Under the pieces are notes generated by a model that was given only the letters and a program-made list of their open reading frames with translations, did no database searches and was not told the DNA's origin. From positions 2,232,001 through 2,296,000 of the forward strand of contig CM035359.1 of NCBI GenBank assembly GCA_020137815.1: DNA of 64,000 nucleotides, written 5' to 3'. Position 1 is the stretch's first letter. Each line of letters begins with the position of its first letter. The DNA is from Hormiphora californensis. Lineage: Eukaryota > Animalia > Ctenophora. This document shows, one piece after another, positions 1 through 12,141 of the stretch. The position numbers and the translations under genes are program-made.

Positions 1-215
1 GACGTCACAAAACGACGTCACATATTGTGATATAACCAACCATGAAATCAGTACTGCAGAGCTGTACTGTGTTGAATCTCGCTCATCATTTCAAGAACAT
101 ACTCGCAGAGAAAATATCGACTTCCTCTCGCTCTCTTTGGTTGTTGTATATAAATAATTTACTTTGAATATAATTATATAGATCTGAATATTACAATAAC
201 AAACACGAGTGTTTT

Positions 216-262
216 AGAAAACAATTGTTTCACTACCAGTGGCCTGGTAGATCGTCAGTTCC
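216..262 (-). ncRNA. minimal type I hammerhead ribozyme motif in the inverted pLTR
   Basis: Minus strand reads GGAA-CUGACGA-u-CUACCAG gcca CUGGUAG-u-GAAAC aauu GU-U-UUCU: core boxes, 7-bp stem II, palindromic mini stem III, short stem I. Confidence 0.7.
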
Positions 263-291
263 GATAATGAAATATCAACAAGCAAACAAAT

Positions 292-1477
292 TTTTTTTTT
301 GGGGGGAAAAATTATTAAAAAGGAATAACAATCAAATTTATGTCTTCTTCCTCTACAGATAGAGCAGGTTATAGTCCACACTGTCATCAACTCGACAAGG
401 ACGCCTTCCTCGGTATCCTCTAAGACTGATGATGGTCGTCTTCAACAGGCAAAATGCTAGCCTTTGTCTGATGTATCGAATAGTATCAGCATAGGTGTTT
501 TTGTTTCGGGTACTGAGACTTTTTGCAATTTGTTTGTACAGTCTATCCGCGTCATCACCCATTGCACCAGAAGTGGAGAATACTACAGGTGTGAAGGTGG
601 CCTTCTCAACCTGAATTACCCGGTCCATATAGTTCCTCTTCTTTTCCTCCTCGTGTCTCCTCAACGTTTTCTCCACTGGTTTTGACCTGTTCGATGGAGC
701 TCTTGAATTGAACACTCTGATGTCAAGGAAACATTTTTCTAAGGGATTGTCCCATATTCCAAGTGCAGCCACATCCAACCTGGCATCATTTGCTGTAATT
801 GCTGTCTTGTGGTCGAATTCTTCTCCGGTGATAGGCAGAAGTCGGGGCTCTGTTGTTACATCCTTGCAACCTGCTTCCTCAAGCAAGTTTGCAGTCAAAT
901 CACGGATCTGATTGTGCCTCATGTGGACATATCCACCTTTAGGACAAGTAAGGCAGTGTTCGATCCCATTAATCTGCCCACAGGCACATCTGTTTGGGAC
1001 ACCTGGGATTGGGAAACTGTATCGGAGAGCAAGAGAGTCTCTAAACTCCTGCTTATTTAAGGTGAATCCGTGCTCTGACAAGGGAAGGGAAGTTAGCCAT
1101 GTAGATGCTCCTCTCTTACAGTGTTCCTCATGTAGTCTCAGTTGATTTGGTGTCATCTGTTTCCTCAACTCCTCCATCACTTCTGTGGATGCAGTACGTT
1201 TTTGGGATGTTATTTTCTCTCGTGCCTTTCGCAACTCAGCTTCAACTTGTTCGCCTCTTGAACTATCAATACTTATTTTCTGTTCTGTGATCAGTTGTGT
1301 GAGGGGAAAAGTAGCAATGCGGGATCTTTCGTATTCAGCATCAGCCTGAATTGTGGGATTATCGATACCCAAACCACCGTTCCTCGCCGGGAGTCTGAAC
1401 ACATCCCTGAGAAACTCAGAAAAATGGGTACCAATCAACACAGGAAGGAGTTTGGTACGGATTGCATCCTCCAGCGG
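292..1477 (-). mobile_element. 5'-truncated RLE-type (CRE/R2-like) non-LTR retrotransposon
   Basis: ORF 353-1441 has a CCHC knuckle (CACG..H..C), RHNQIRD and ARLDV..FLDIRV restriction-like endonuclease motifs. Poly(A) tail at 292-300. TSD GCAAACAAAT at 282-291 and 1478-1487. Confidence 0.85.
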
Positions 1478-1532
1478 GCAAACAAATCAATCCCTGCTCC
1501 TTTAGAAACATTTTAATAGCATGAACTTCCGG

Positions 1533-1967
1533 TCCTGCAACTGTAGAAGAACAGCTGAATGTCCCCTGCAACAAAAGTGTCTACAAAAAGGTGTGATCTA
1601 CGAGGCCAGTGTAACAACACAAACTGGAACATCCAGCTACGTTGGTCTTACGGAAAATCAATTCAAGACCAGATACAATGCACACCAGAGCAGCTTCAGG
1701 AGGGAAAATGCGAGGAAGTCAACTGAACTGTCGAAACATGTATGGGAATTGAAGGACAGTAACACCGACTTCACCATACAGTGGAAGGTTATTGACAGAG
1801 GGCACCCACCCAATGGACCCACACAATCGTGCGACCTCTGCACCACGGAGAAAGTACAAATACTGGAAAACTCCAAGAGGACGGATATAACCCCCCTGAA
1901 CAAGCGCTCGGAAGTTGTGGGAAAATGCAGACACACCCGGAAGTTCATGCTATTAAAATGTTTCTAA
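1533..1967 (+). pseudogene. Penelope-type GIY-YIG endonuclease domain (C-terminal fragment, RT missing)
   Basis: CNC..CPL..KC..KGVIY..YVGLT..FKTRY..H..SF..TELSKHVW.LK..CDLC..EK..LNKRSE..KCRH is the PLE GIY-YIG pattern. The ATG at 1521 comes from the inverted pLTR piece. Confidence 0.85.
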
Positions 1968-2010
1968 AGGAGCAGGGATTGATTTGTTTGCTTGTTGATA
2001 TTTCATTATC

Positions 2011-2057
2011 GGAAGTGACGATCTACCAGGCCACTGGTAGTGAAACAATTGTTTTCT
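2011..2057 (+). ncRNA. second hammerhead motif copy with a core change (GUGACGA instead of CUGACGA)
   Basis: Same sequence as 216-262 except C3>G; lies just downstream of the GIY-YIG stop. Confidence 0.6.
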
Positions 2058-2174
2058 AAAACACTCGTGTTTGTTATTGTACAGTACTCCAGGAAAATTT
2101 CATTGCCCTGTCGAGTTCTCCTGAGGACGCAATCCCCACAAATCACAGTGATAGATCTGAATATTATATATTAT

Positions 2175-2283
2175 CAGGAACCGACCGAAACAAGTAAACA
2201 CCCAATCAGAACTCGTTATTTAGGTCACGTGACTGGTTATCAGCCAATCAGGGACCAGTATTTCCTGATTCGGTCGGTTCCTA
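2175..2283 (+). mobile_element. ~109-bp hAT-like MITE (family A)
   Basis: TIR CAGGAACCGACCGAA...TTCGGTCGGTTCCT; other copies at 16046, 21640, 23061, 27308, 60035 and a partial one near 31395-31460. Confidence 0.85.
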
Positions 2284-2916
2284 ATATATTATATATATAG
2301 CCGCTCTAAAACACAGAATTAAATTAATTAATTGACACACGTCCTGTACGCTAGTTGCATCACTAGGCTAACTTAACACACTTCTTTACTTCTTGCAACA
2401 ACTATTTAATATCTGTTCACGACAGATTTGTATATATATCTATCTGAGCTAGAAATTAAGGTAGATGGGACTATTATAATTCTCACTCTGCTTTCTCTTT
2501 CTCTCTCTCTCTCTGTCTGACCAAGTTTGGTTTGGGATTATCAATTTTCTCTCTTTTAGTTTTGAGCTTTTCTTCTCTCTGCTGCTATATACATGCAGCC
2601 AACTAGAACATTATATCAGTCTTCTTTACTATATTCCCTCTCTATGCCTCTCACCCTCTCTCTCTGTCCCACTCCCTCTGTATCTCTTTCTCTCACCCTC
2701 TCTCTCTGTATCTCTTTCTCTTTCTCTCTGTCTCTCTTTTCCTTTTCCTTTTACCACATCCACAAGTCTCCATATATCTGGAATATACTCCACACACACA
2801 ACACACACATAACATCTGGTACAATCTGGTCTATACTCTATATATAATTCTGTATATATATAACAATATATATAACAGAAGCTCTATCATTTTCATAAGA
2901 ATCAATGTTTGAAGAT

Positions 2917-3089
2917 TCAAGAATGAGTAAGGAGATGCGACTTCAGATAAGCATTAAGTCCAAATCTCTTGCCGCATATGAAGCACTGATAAGGTTTCAG
3001 CTTCAGGTGAACCAAGTTTATATGACGTTGGAGGTTCCGTTTGTTTCCTCCCAGGAATTTTCTCCCGCACACTGGACAGGCGTATGTCG
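2917..3089 (-). CDS. alternative terminal exon encoding two C2H2 zinc fingers
   Basis: After acceptor TTCTAG, phase-1 reading gives TYACPVCGRKFLGGNKRNLQRHINLVHLKLKPYQCFICGKRFGLNAYLKSHLLTHS*. Confidence 0.8.
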
Positions 3090-3387
3090 CTAGAAGGTGT
3101 TGTTTGATTCAGTTTTTATTTGTAACGGTGGCGATATTTGTTGTGGATTGTTCATACTCTCTGTATAATCATCAGAGTCATTGTAATCTCCAGAGAGTGA
3201 ACAATACGACCCGGTACTACCGGTACCACCAAGTAGACGCTTTCTGAGTCTGCAGCGCTGCTGTGCCTCTCTGTTCAGCCTGCGCCGTCGATCTTTCCTG
3301 TCTTCCAGCTGCTGTTGCGTTGGCGCGGCGGCAGAGGGGGGTAGAGCGGCGTTGGCGGCGGCATTGAGGGGTTGAGGAGGATTTCAC
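3090..3387 (-). CDS. alternative terminal exon with a bZIP-type basic region (one probable 1-nt deletion near 3325)
   Basis: Acceptor ACTCAG, phase 1: EILLNPSMPPPTPLYPPLPP, then after a 1-nt shift PTQQQLEDRKDRRRRLNREAQQRCRLRKRLLGG...IKTESNNTF*. N-x7-R basic motif, no leucine zipper. Confidence 0.65.
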
Positions 3388-3772
3388 CTGAGTAGAGAGT
3401 CTCTCAGCGGTGCATTGGTATATTGTGGTACACGGAATAAGAGTAGGGAGAGAGGGTTGGTTGGTGATATGGCAGCATGCAGCATGCGACAGTATAGAAG
3501 TTGTGCGCGCGGGCAGAGAGCCGCGCACACGAGAAGAGATAATAACACTTTCAACAGATCCAAGACACTTTTCTGCTAGTTGTGAGGTGATGTTGCAGTT
3601 TTGTCCCAATTCTCTCGAGTGACCCCACTCCTGTTTCTTAGTCGCTTACAGCTGTAGTAGTAGTAAAGGGAAAGGAGAGCAGGCGAAAATTGAGAGTGAG
3701 AGCACGGGAATGAGATCCACAATTGTAGACGTGTAGGGAAAGAGGGAAGGAATGAGAAAGAGACAAGTGAGC

Positions 3773-3821
<49 letters not shown>

Positions 3822-5378
3822 AGTAGAGTTAGTCGTTAGCCGAGAGAAGAGTAAACTCTACGATCAGATAGATCTAGCTCCTCGTCACTTTCCTAGAGGG
3901 GCCTCGCGAACTCTACGTCTCAGCGTCTCTGTTTGGCGGCTCTCTCTCCTTTGATACGGAGTCTCGTCGCCGACGCCTCGATCTATCTCTTTCATACCCC
4001 CCCCCCCCTTACCTACCCCTCTGTCGCGCCTAAAGAAAAGCTTGTAACTGAAACGTACAGTTCCCCTCTTCCCTCCTCTCAATTCTCAATACCAACACAA
4101 CCGCCCCTATTTTGTAGAAGATGAAACAGCAGATGCAAAGGATATAAGTAAAGTGTATGAGAGAGGAAATAGAGTATGAGAAAGATATTGAGAGAGAAGA
4201 GGAGAAGAGAGATAAAGAATAGATGTGAGACAACACACAGAAAGGATAGAGCACTGGAAAGTCACTGTGTACACGTGAGAGGTAATGGTACACATGGTCC
4301 TGTGAATCTCTACTTCTCTCTCTCTCCGCTCAGTTTCCATCTCTTCTCTCTCTCTCATTATCAGTGAGGTATCTTTCTACCACTCATCTCTCTCTCTCTC
4401 TTTTTCTCTTTTTCTTTCTCTATCCATTTCTCCCTGGAGTAGTCTCTGAACTGGAACTATCTTTATCTAATCTCTCTCTTCGTTAACCCGCTAATCACCT
4501 TTCCCTCCTTATCTTAGATCATGGTCAATGTGAAGTGACATGTGTGAAGAAAGAAGGGAAAAAAAAGTAGAACTAAATTCTTTACTCTGTAAAGATAAAG
4601 TAAACTCTTTCTCTGACTCTCTCTTTTTCCTCATTTATTCTTCCTCCCTTTTTCTCTTCTAGTGCCACTTACTCGCCTGGAGTCATAAATCTCTGAACTG
4701 GAACTAGGTCTTTTATCTAATCTCTCTGCTTCGTTAGTACCCGCGAAGCAGCACTTTCCCTCCTTATGCTTTGAGATAATGGTCAACATGTGAAGGTGGC
4801 ATGTGTGAAAGAAGAAAGGGGGGAGCAGAGAAGAGATAGAAACTAAATTCTTGTAAACTCTGGAAAAAGATAAATGTACTAACTTATAATAGCAACGTCA
4901 TTAAAATCAAAAAAAAAATAAAAAAAAAAAAGCTAGTAAACTATCCACATAGACCGATCTATGATTTAAGATTTGTTTGATTTGAGTGTAAAAGAGATAT
5001 CACCTAAACGCTATTTCGCGCTCATATGTATACTTTTCGCGACGTTGTTCCACACTGGATGTTGTTTGTTGGCCTTGCCTACTAGCAGGGTACGATGAAA
5101 AGGAAATTGGGGTCAGAAATGCTTGAGGTCGGCAAAATGAGAAAAACAAAAAAAGTTTACCAACTGGACCGGAGGGAGGGTAGGAAAATATGAATCTGTA
5201 GAATTATTCTATGGATTTTCCATTAAGAACTAGAAAAGTCCAATACATTCTAACCCGTTCGCTTCTCCCCTTTCTAAGAACGCAGTGTCAACGCTTTCTC
5301 TCCCTTTCTAAACCCAGTGTCAACCTCCTCCTTTCTCCAGATTAATGACGACATCTGATCACCATTATGACGTCATAA

Positions 5379-5629
5379 TTAGGAGCTGATAAGCTGAACC
5401 AAGACGTCATTGTGCCGGGTGCTCATGTGATGTTTCAACTGCTTCTTCTGCCCAAATGCCGCTCCACACAGCGCACAGTTATACCTCCTCAGCCCCAAGT
5501 GAATGACGGAAATGTGCCTGTCGAGAGATGACTTGAAGCTGAAACTCTTGAGACAGTGGGCACATTGGAAGGGTCGGGCACGGATCGGTGTCCCTCTTCT
5601 TCCCCTCTGCTGCTGCTCCTCCTGGTCAC
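5379..5629 (-). CDS. alternative terminal exon encoding two C2H2 zinc fingers
   Basis: Acceptor CTAACAG, phase 1: DQEEQQQRGRRGTPIRARPFQCAHCLKSFSFKSSLDRHISVIHLGLRRYNCALCGAAFGQKKQLKHHMSTRHNDVLVQLISS*. Confidence 0.85.
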
Positions 5630-5739
5630 CTGTTAGTTGGTCTGTGTTTATCTGTCTCTCAAATATTGAGAGGGAGTAATCACCTGGATATCAGATCTCT
5701 GGACATTTCATCAGGATCACCATTATATTGGAACACGGA

Positions 5740-5897
5740 GCATTTCGTAGAACATAGAGAATCGTTTTGGAGCATTTCGTAGAACATAGAGAATCGTTTT
5801 GGAGGAATTCGTAGAACATAGAGAATCGTTTTGGAGCATTTGGTAGAACATAGAGAATCGTTTTGGAGGAATTCGTAGAACATAGAGAATCGTTTTG
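5740..5897. repeat. ~30-bp minisatellite
   Basis: About 5 copies of (GC/GA)ATTTCGTAGAACATAGAGAATCGTTTTGGA. Confidence 0.9.
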
Positions 5898-6034
5898 GTC
5901 TTTCATTGGGAAACGGAAACTTAAAATTTGGAGATATGGAACACTGAAGATCTTTTTGAATTCGATCAAAAACATAAATAATTGATTATTTTGTATTTCT
6001 TCCTCTCAAAAAAGATGACACTAATAAAATCAGA

Positions 6035-6144
6035 TTAGTTTTTTAGTTGATTCATCACATGAAGTAACTCTTTTGTAAGGAGGTCACGAGTTTTTATGAT
6101 GCAAGAATCATTTCGCAATAGTTGTAACGTCATTTCATGAATAC
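6035..6144 (-). CDS. candidate alternative terminal exon (short helical peptide)
   Basis: Acceptor ATTGTAG, phase 1: IHEMTLQLLRNDSCIIKTRDLLTKELLHVMNQLKN*; no recognised domain. Confidence 0.4.
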
Positions 6145-7100
6145 CTACAATGAAGGAGTGAAGATATCGTGAATGACGAGGTGCGGTAGAGAGAGAGAGA
6201 GATGAAGAAGGGGGAAAGAAGGAGAAGAAAAAGGGGGCGGAGAAAAGGGGAAAGAATGGGGCCCTTTTGGGGGGCAAGCACCGGGGGTTTAAAAAAAAGA
6301 GAGGGAAGAAGAACCCAAAAGGGGGGAAAAGATTAAAAAGGAAAGGGGGGGGAAAAAGGGGAGGGGAAAATTTTAATTAAATTCTGGGTTCCTGGCCATC
6401 CCCCCAAAGGGGGTTCAAGGATTACACACACAAACTAGGGGGTTCATCTTTTTTCCAGGTTTTTCCCAAACTCTGTTTCATCTATCTATCTTTCTCTCTA
6501 TCTCTCTCTTTATCTCTCTCTCAGTATCTCTCTCAGTATCTCTCTCTATCTCTCTCTATCCTCCTCTCTCTTCTAAGTTCTCCAGTATCTCTCTCAGATC
6601 TCTATCTTCTGGTTTTTCCTTATCTCTCATTCCCTATTTGGACAAATGTCCTAAAATGCGGGGGAATGATCATGCTTCATGAAGAAAACCCCCATCTCTC
6701 GTGCCCCTTTTTTCCCCCCTAAAACCCTCTTGCACTTCTTTCACACAAAAACTTTTACTGGATAAAAAATGATTTGAATCATTGTGCTCCACCCCTTTTC
6801 TTTCTCTTCCCCTCTTTGGGCAGTGATGTAATGCACTTCATTCTAAACCCTGCAGATATCATCTCAACCACGGTCTTCTAATTTCCAAAATAAATCCCAA
6901 CTATCGTTCTATATTAACCCTTCCCTTTAACTCCGGGATAAACTCATCAACGAATTACCGCCTGTGAAATTGTGTGTAGGAACCTGAGAGTGTAAATTTG
7001 GGCTAATTGGGTACCGCACACCCTTTATATCATTGTCACATATCTCGCTCTCCTTCTCTCTCCTTCTCTCTTGATGAAACAACACCAGTCACGTGAGTCA

Positions 7101-7183
7101 TTAGATCATGTACTCCTTCATAAAGATATCTATCACGTGAATGTTGCCACAGTACTCCCTTCCGCAAACACACCACTCCCCCG
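7101..7183 (-). CDS. candidate alternative terminal exon with a CxC-x4-C-x3-H motif
   Basis: Pyrimidine tract plus weak GAG acceptor, phase 1: GEWCVCGREYCGNIHVIDIFMKEYMI*. Confidence 0.4.
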
Positions 7184-8496
7184 CTCGAGAGAAGAAGAGA
7201 TACCGAGAGATGAGAATATGTGAAAGAGATGATAGAGCGACGAGCGAGCGCTCGATCTAAGAGGTAGTAGAAGTACATATATATATAATCTCTCTCTCTC
7301 TCTCGCTCTCTGCTCTGCTATTTTCGATCTCTATTCTCTTCCCCCTCTTGGACTCCCTGGTCCCTTCTTTTTACCCTCAATTAATGAAGTGGAAAATGGT
7401 CTCTCTCTGATCAGGTTCACACACACACACCCACAGGCGAAAAGGGGGGCATCACCACTAAGCTGCACACAAAGCAAACCTAGGTTTATGGCAGCTACCC
7501 CCTCTCTCCTCCTTCTATCTATGATATATCAACTCAAAAAGGAAAAGGAACCAATCATATTTCCATTGCTTCTTTTAAAATTCTTACTGTTTTCACTTAG
7601 CAATCAGGTTCGATGAGATAGGTATCGGAAAAGTTCAAACTTTTCAACATAATTTTAAACAAATTAATTTGAGGCTGAATGCTGATAAAGATGTAGTTAT
7701 AACATCGAAACTGTTCCTGAACAATAAAATCACCTCGTTTTTCTTTTTGCCACCTCAATTGAAACCGGAAGGAGATATCATTTCCGTCGATTGATAAACA
7801 ATAATAATTACTGAGCTACTATCTACTCCGAAGTGGCAGTCCTAATTCCTTTTTTACAACTTTAAAACACGTGTCTCTCTGTATTACAATCCTTCATTCT
7901 CTCCCCCTCTCTCCCTCTCTTTCCCCTTCTATCTCTTTCTCTCTCTGAATGCCTCAATAGTGACACGAGGCAGCATAATCAGTAAAGGAGAGGCAGAGAG
8001 AGAGAGGCAGAGAAAGGGAGAGAGAGAGAGAGAGGGAGATAGACTGTGAGATGGAGAAAGAGAAAGAGAGATGGAGAAATAGAGAAAGAGTAACTGCTAC
8101 GTGTCACTCGCACACGATGCACCACAAATCCCACAATTCTAGAAGAAGGAGGAAGGGCTTATACATTCTTTTAAGAAGGACTGAGAGTTTATAAATGTTG
8201 GACCAGGGAAATTATTAAAGATTCTTGTTATTTGAGAAAAAGGAGTTACTATTTTAGAGTAAGAAGATATATCCCAAAAGTAAGCATTACTGAATGTTTT
8301 AGTATACTAACCAAAAGTTAACCAAAAGTTAGTCAATTTTTGCTTTTTTTAAAATGGTAACCCACATTAAAATCGGCCTATTACTACTTTATATAATTCA
8401 TATTTAACCCATTTAATCCCTCAACCTTCACAGCTACTACATCCTGTCCCGCCCGTTTCCCTACCTAACCCATCTGGCATCCGCTCTGTTTGTTTT

Positions 8497-8797
8497 GTGG
8501 TTACTCAATTCAACTCTGTATTTAGGGGTTACTCAATTTAACTCTGTATTTTGGGGTTACTCAATAACTCTTTGTTTAGGGGTTACTCAATTCAACTCTG
8601 TATTTTGGGGTTACTCAATTTAACTCTGTATTTTGGGGTTACTCAATAACTCTGTATTTTGGGGTTACTCAATTTAGGGGTTACTAAATTTTGGGGTTTC
8701 TAAATAACTCTGTATTTTGGGGTTACTCAATTCAACTCTGTATTTTGGGGTTACTTAATTCAACTCTGTATTTAGGGGTTACTCAATTCAACTCTGT
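8497..8797. repeat. ~29-bp minisatellite
   Basis: Tandem GGGGTTACTCAATTCAACTCTGTATTT(T/A) variants. Confidence 0.9.
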
Positions 8798-11241
8798 ACC
8801 ATGGCTGCACCTTATCTATCACACGGGGGGAGTTGAATCGAGTTCACTCCCTGGTATTTAGTGAACAAATTAAGCCGACTGAAGATATATTATAGAGAGC
8901 TATGAGCTCTCAAAAGTTTAAATTTCCTAATGAAATTTGCGATTAGCTCTCTCACCTCCCCATTTCTGAGTCGCCTCTCCCTCTATCTTCTCTATCTAAT
9001 ACACAACACCCAACCTCCCCCTCTCTCTCTTTGATTCACTCTAAAAGGTAGTAAAACGAACACATAACTCCCATTTTCTTATCTCGATTGAAGAGTGTTG
9101 TGGGTTGTGACCAATGGGAACTCTCCGCTCCGGTCACGTGACCCTAACTCAAAGCTCGGTATGTGGTCACGTGACTACAATAGAGCACCTCCATTGGTCA
9201 AAAGGTGTGTCACGTGACCTGCCCAACATAGTGTTTCTCTTATCACTAACTAATTACTCTCTCTCTCTCCCTCCTTTGGGCTATGAATCACTGCCCAAAG
9301 AAATAGAGAACCAAGGTAGCACACTGTTTTATTCGACCCGAGAGAGGGAGAGAGGGGAGTTATAGGAACATCACGAGCATAGTAATATTAGAGTCTGGTA
9401 CGAAATAGTCCCATGATCACGGTCTGGACCGTATCTGGGGTATATATAATGACAGTAAACTCTAGCTCAAACATAATGATTTGCATCGAATATATAATAC
9501 AGGGTGTTTTTTATATGATCGAGTCACATCCAAAAACGCCATAATTCTCTCCAAAAACTATGTGTCGTCTAGATGTGTCATGATTATCTTCTCATTTTCC
9601 CATCATGTACCCGGATATCGCGGTTTGCGGGGCACTGTGAGAGGTGCATGCTCGGTTTCACAGTGGTTTGTGGTCCCACAGTCCCTCACATACGGGTAAA
9701 TGAGGCTCTCTTTTTTCTCTCTCGTTATCTTGCTACCCAATTCCAGTCGAAGGGGTAAATAAATTTTGAAACGTTAACCATCCCCCGGTTCGTTATTACC
9801 CACAAAAATACCTACCATCTAGCATAAAATATAATAGTGCCGCATTTTTCGGTTTGTACAGGAAATGAGGATATTAAATGCGACAAAGCGAGAGATAAAG
9901 GAGGGGAGCTAGAGAGAGAAGGACCGTTATAACAGAGATAGAAATAAAAAGCGGCATGGACTGAAGAAAATAGTGGGTGAGAGCGGTGAGCGGTGAGAGG
10001 ACGGGAAATAGAGAGAAAAATTGTTTATTGTGTACAAGTTTGCAGGTAAAGAGAACTCTGATATAATGTCAATATCACCGGGACAGGAAAATAGTGCTAC
10101 GTGTAAACGATGCTATATAACTTGACTAATATAACATGATAGTTGTTACAGAGTCGAAAGTGCATTTTATATTATTCTTGAAATTGAACAACATGAATAT
10201 TAATTTCTTAATTTCCGAACTCACTCCCCCGATATTCATTTCAGCACTCAATTCGCTCAATTCTTCATAATTTTGTCCTAAAAGCCACCTTCCCTTACTC
10301 TCGTCTCTTCAAGTGTGCGATAGGAAAAAGACCATGTAGCCCATCCGCAAGGAGAGCTAGAGGGGGGGAAGATCTTAGCGAGAGAGACATCGCGCGAGTA
10401 TCTCATAGCTCAGGCGCGCGTCGAAGAGCAGCGACGTAGATCCTAATCTCGCTCTCTACTCTTGTCATCTCCCGGATCTCTGCTACGCAGCTCTCGAGCT
10501 TCGCGCTTTTTCCATCTTTCATCTCTCCTCTCTCCTCTCTCTCTACTCTCTTGCGTCGTCTCTCTCTCTAGCGCTCTCTGCGGCTCGTCGCTCTCGCATC
10601 TCTCCCTCTCTCGCGCGCGCTCTCTCTCTCTCTCTCTCTCTCCTCTCTCCTCCCGCTTTAGCCCAAGAGAGCTGTAAAGATTCGGGGTTCATAAAATGGA
10701 CAAGGGAACGATTTAACTGATACATGTAATATAGAAAAAGAAAACATCTGAAAAGCCCCTACTTTTTGAAGCTGGTAACGGAAACGACCTCCTTAATGTT
10801 TGTGAACGATTCTATAGCCAAGTACGTGACTCAGACCAAGTACGTGACTAAGATCACATGTACGTGACTCAAATCATGTACGTGACTCAAATCATGTACG
10901 TGACCTCATGACTCATGAGGCAGCTGCGGATTCTGATTGTGACGTCATGAGGAGGAGACAATGAAATTGTGAAAGCAGTTGTGAAAGCATGCAAGGATTT
11001 GTAAGAGAGTTTTGGAAGATGAAAGAAGAGTGTATATTGACATAAAAGAATACAAAAGCATTGGCAGCACGAGAAGTAGTACACAAATATATATATTCCT
11101 TCCCGTCTGAATCTTCTAGCCCCCCTCAGGGATAATCCAGGGGACGAGAGAGAACGATGAAGAGAGAGAGAGATAGAGAGGGGAAGGAAGTTATCGACAC
11201 ACATACAAACATACAGACACGTAATGTATTTAACGACTTAC

Positions 11242-11798
11242 TGTTAGGGCTGGATTTGCTGTTGTTTAAATTGGGCGTGCTATTGGTTGAACTGCACTCT
11301 GTCTTTGTTGGGCCATCCGGCCTGAAAGGGATCGAGGGATTAGGACTGGTACAGGGTTAGGGCAGGGTTAGGACTGGGACGGGGTTAGGGCAGGATTAGG
11401 ACTGGGACAGGGTTAGGGCAGGATAAGGACTCGGACGGGGTTAGGGCAGGATTAGGACAGGGACAGGGTTAGGACTGGGGCAGGTTTAGGGCAGGGTTAG
11501 GGCAGGATTAGGACAGGGACAGGGTTAGGGCTGGGTTAGGACTGGAACAGGGTTAGGGAAACAGTTATAGTGTGGAATAAGAAACATCCATTGCATTTGA
11601 TTCCGACCGGTCCTAAGATTTCAGAAAGGATCATATCCAGTGTTTTCTTTACTAACTGACGTGACACAAATTCCTAATGAGGTTCAACATTTCTCAACTT
11701 GACACATGTACTCCTTAATGAGGTGTCCACCTAATTAGTTCGTTCACCCAAATAATTGCATTCGAAAATGTACAGAAGGGAACACGAAGGATTATATG

Positions 11799-11842
<44 letters not shown>

Positions 11843-12050
11843 AGAGAGCGAAAAGAGAGAGAAAAGAGAGAGTTGAAAGCTGTTTCTTCTCAAATTTCTA
11901 AGTTCATGAAACCTAACTACACCTGCCAGTGTGTGTACCCTCCTTCTGTCGCAATGATGCAATGCGGTGACCTTTTTGTTCCCCCGCAAGTGTGTACAAC
12001 TTCACATCATGTTAGCTTACAGGAAAGAGAGGGAGAGAGAGAGAGAAGGG

Positions 12051-12141
<91 letters not shown>

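Larger units (their letters stand above)
194..2150 (+). mobile_element. 5'-truncated Penelope-like element with inverted pLTR, interrupted by a nested RLE retroelement
   Basis: GIY-YIG ORF end plus 3' region (1937-2081) is repeated in inverted form at 192-290 + 1478-1532. A 16-bp direct repeat ATAGATCTGAATATTA flanks it at 178-193 and 2151-2166. Confidence 0.85.

Noticed and set aside
292-1967. Novel dual-endonuclease (RLE + GIY-YIG) element
   Set aside because: Separate TSDs show a nested insertion of one retroelement in another, not a single unit.
3217-3609. 130-aa ORF from the track
   Set aside because: Wrong frame; the meaningful basic-region peptide is in another frame.
5740-8797. ~30-bp repeat arrays resembling CRISPR
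   Set aside because: Head-to-tail units without unique spacers, no cas genes, eukaryotic context.
50-10360. Further short phase-1 tail candidates (near 10355, 8877, 6983, 5078, 2430, 145)
   Set aside because: Too short, interrupted by stops or lacking a good acceptor; not distinguishable from chance without RNA data.
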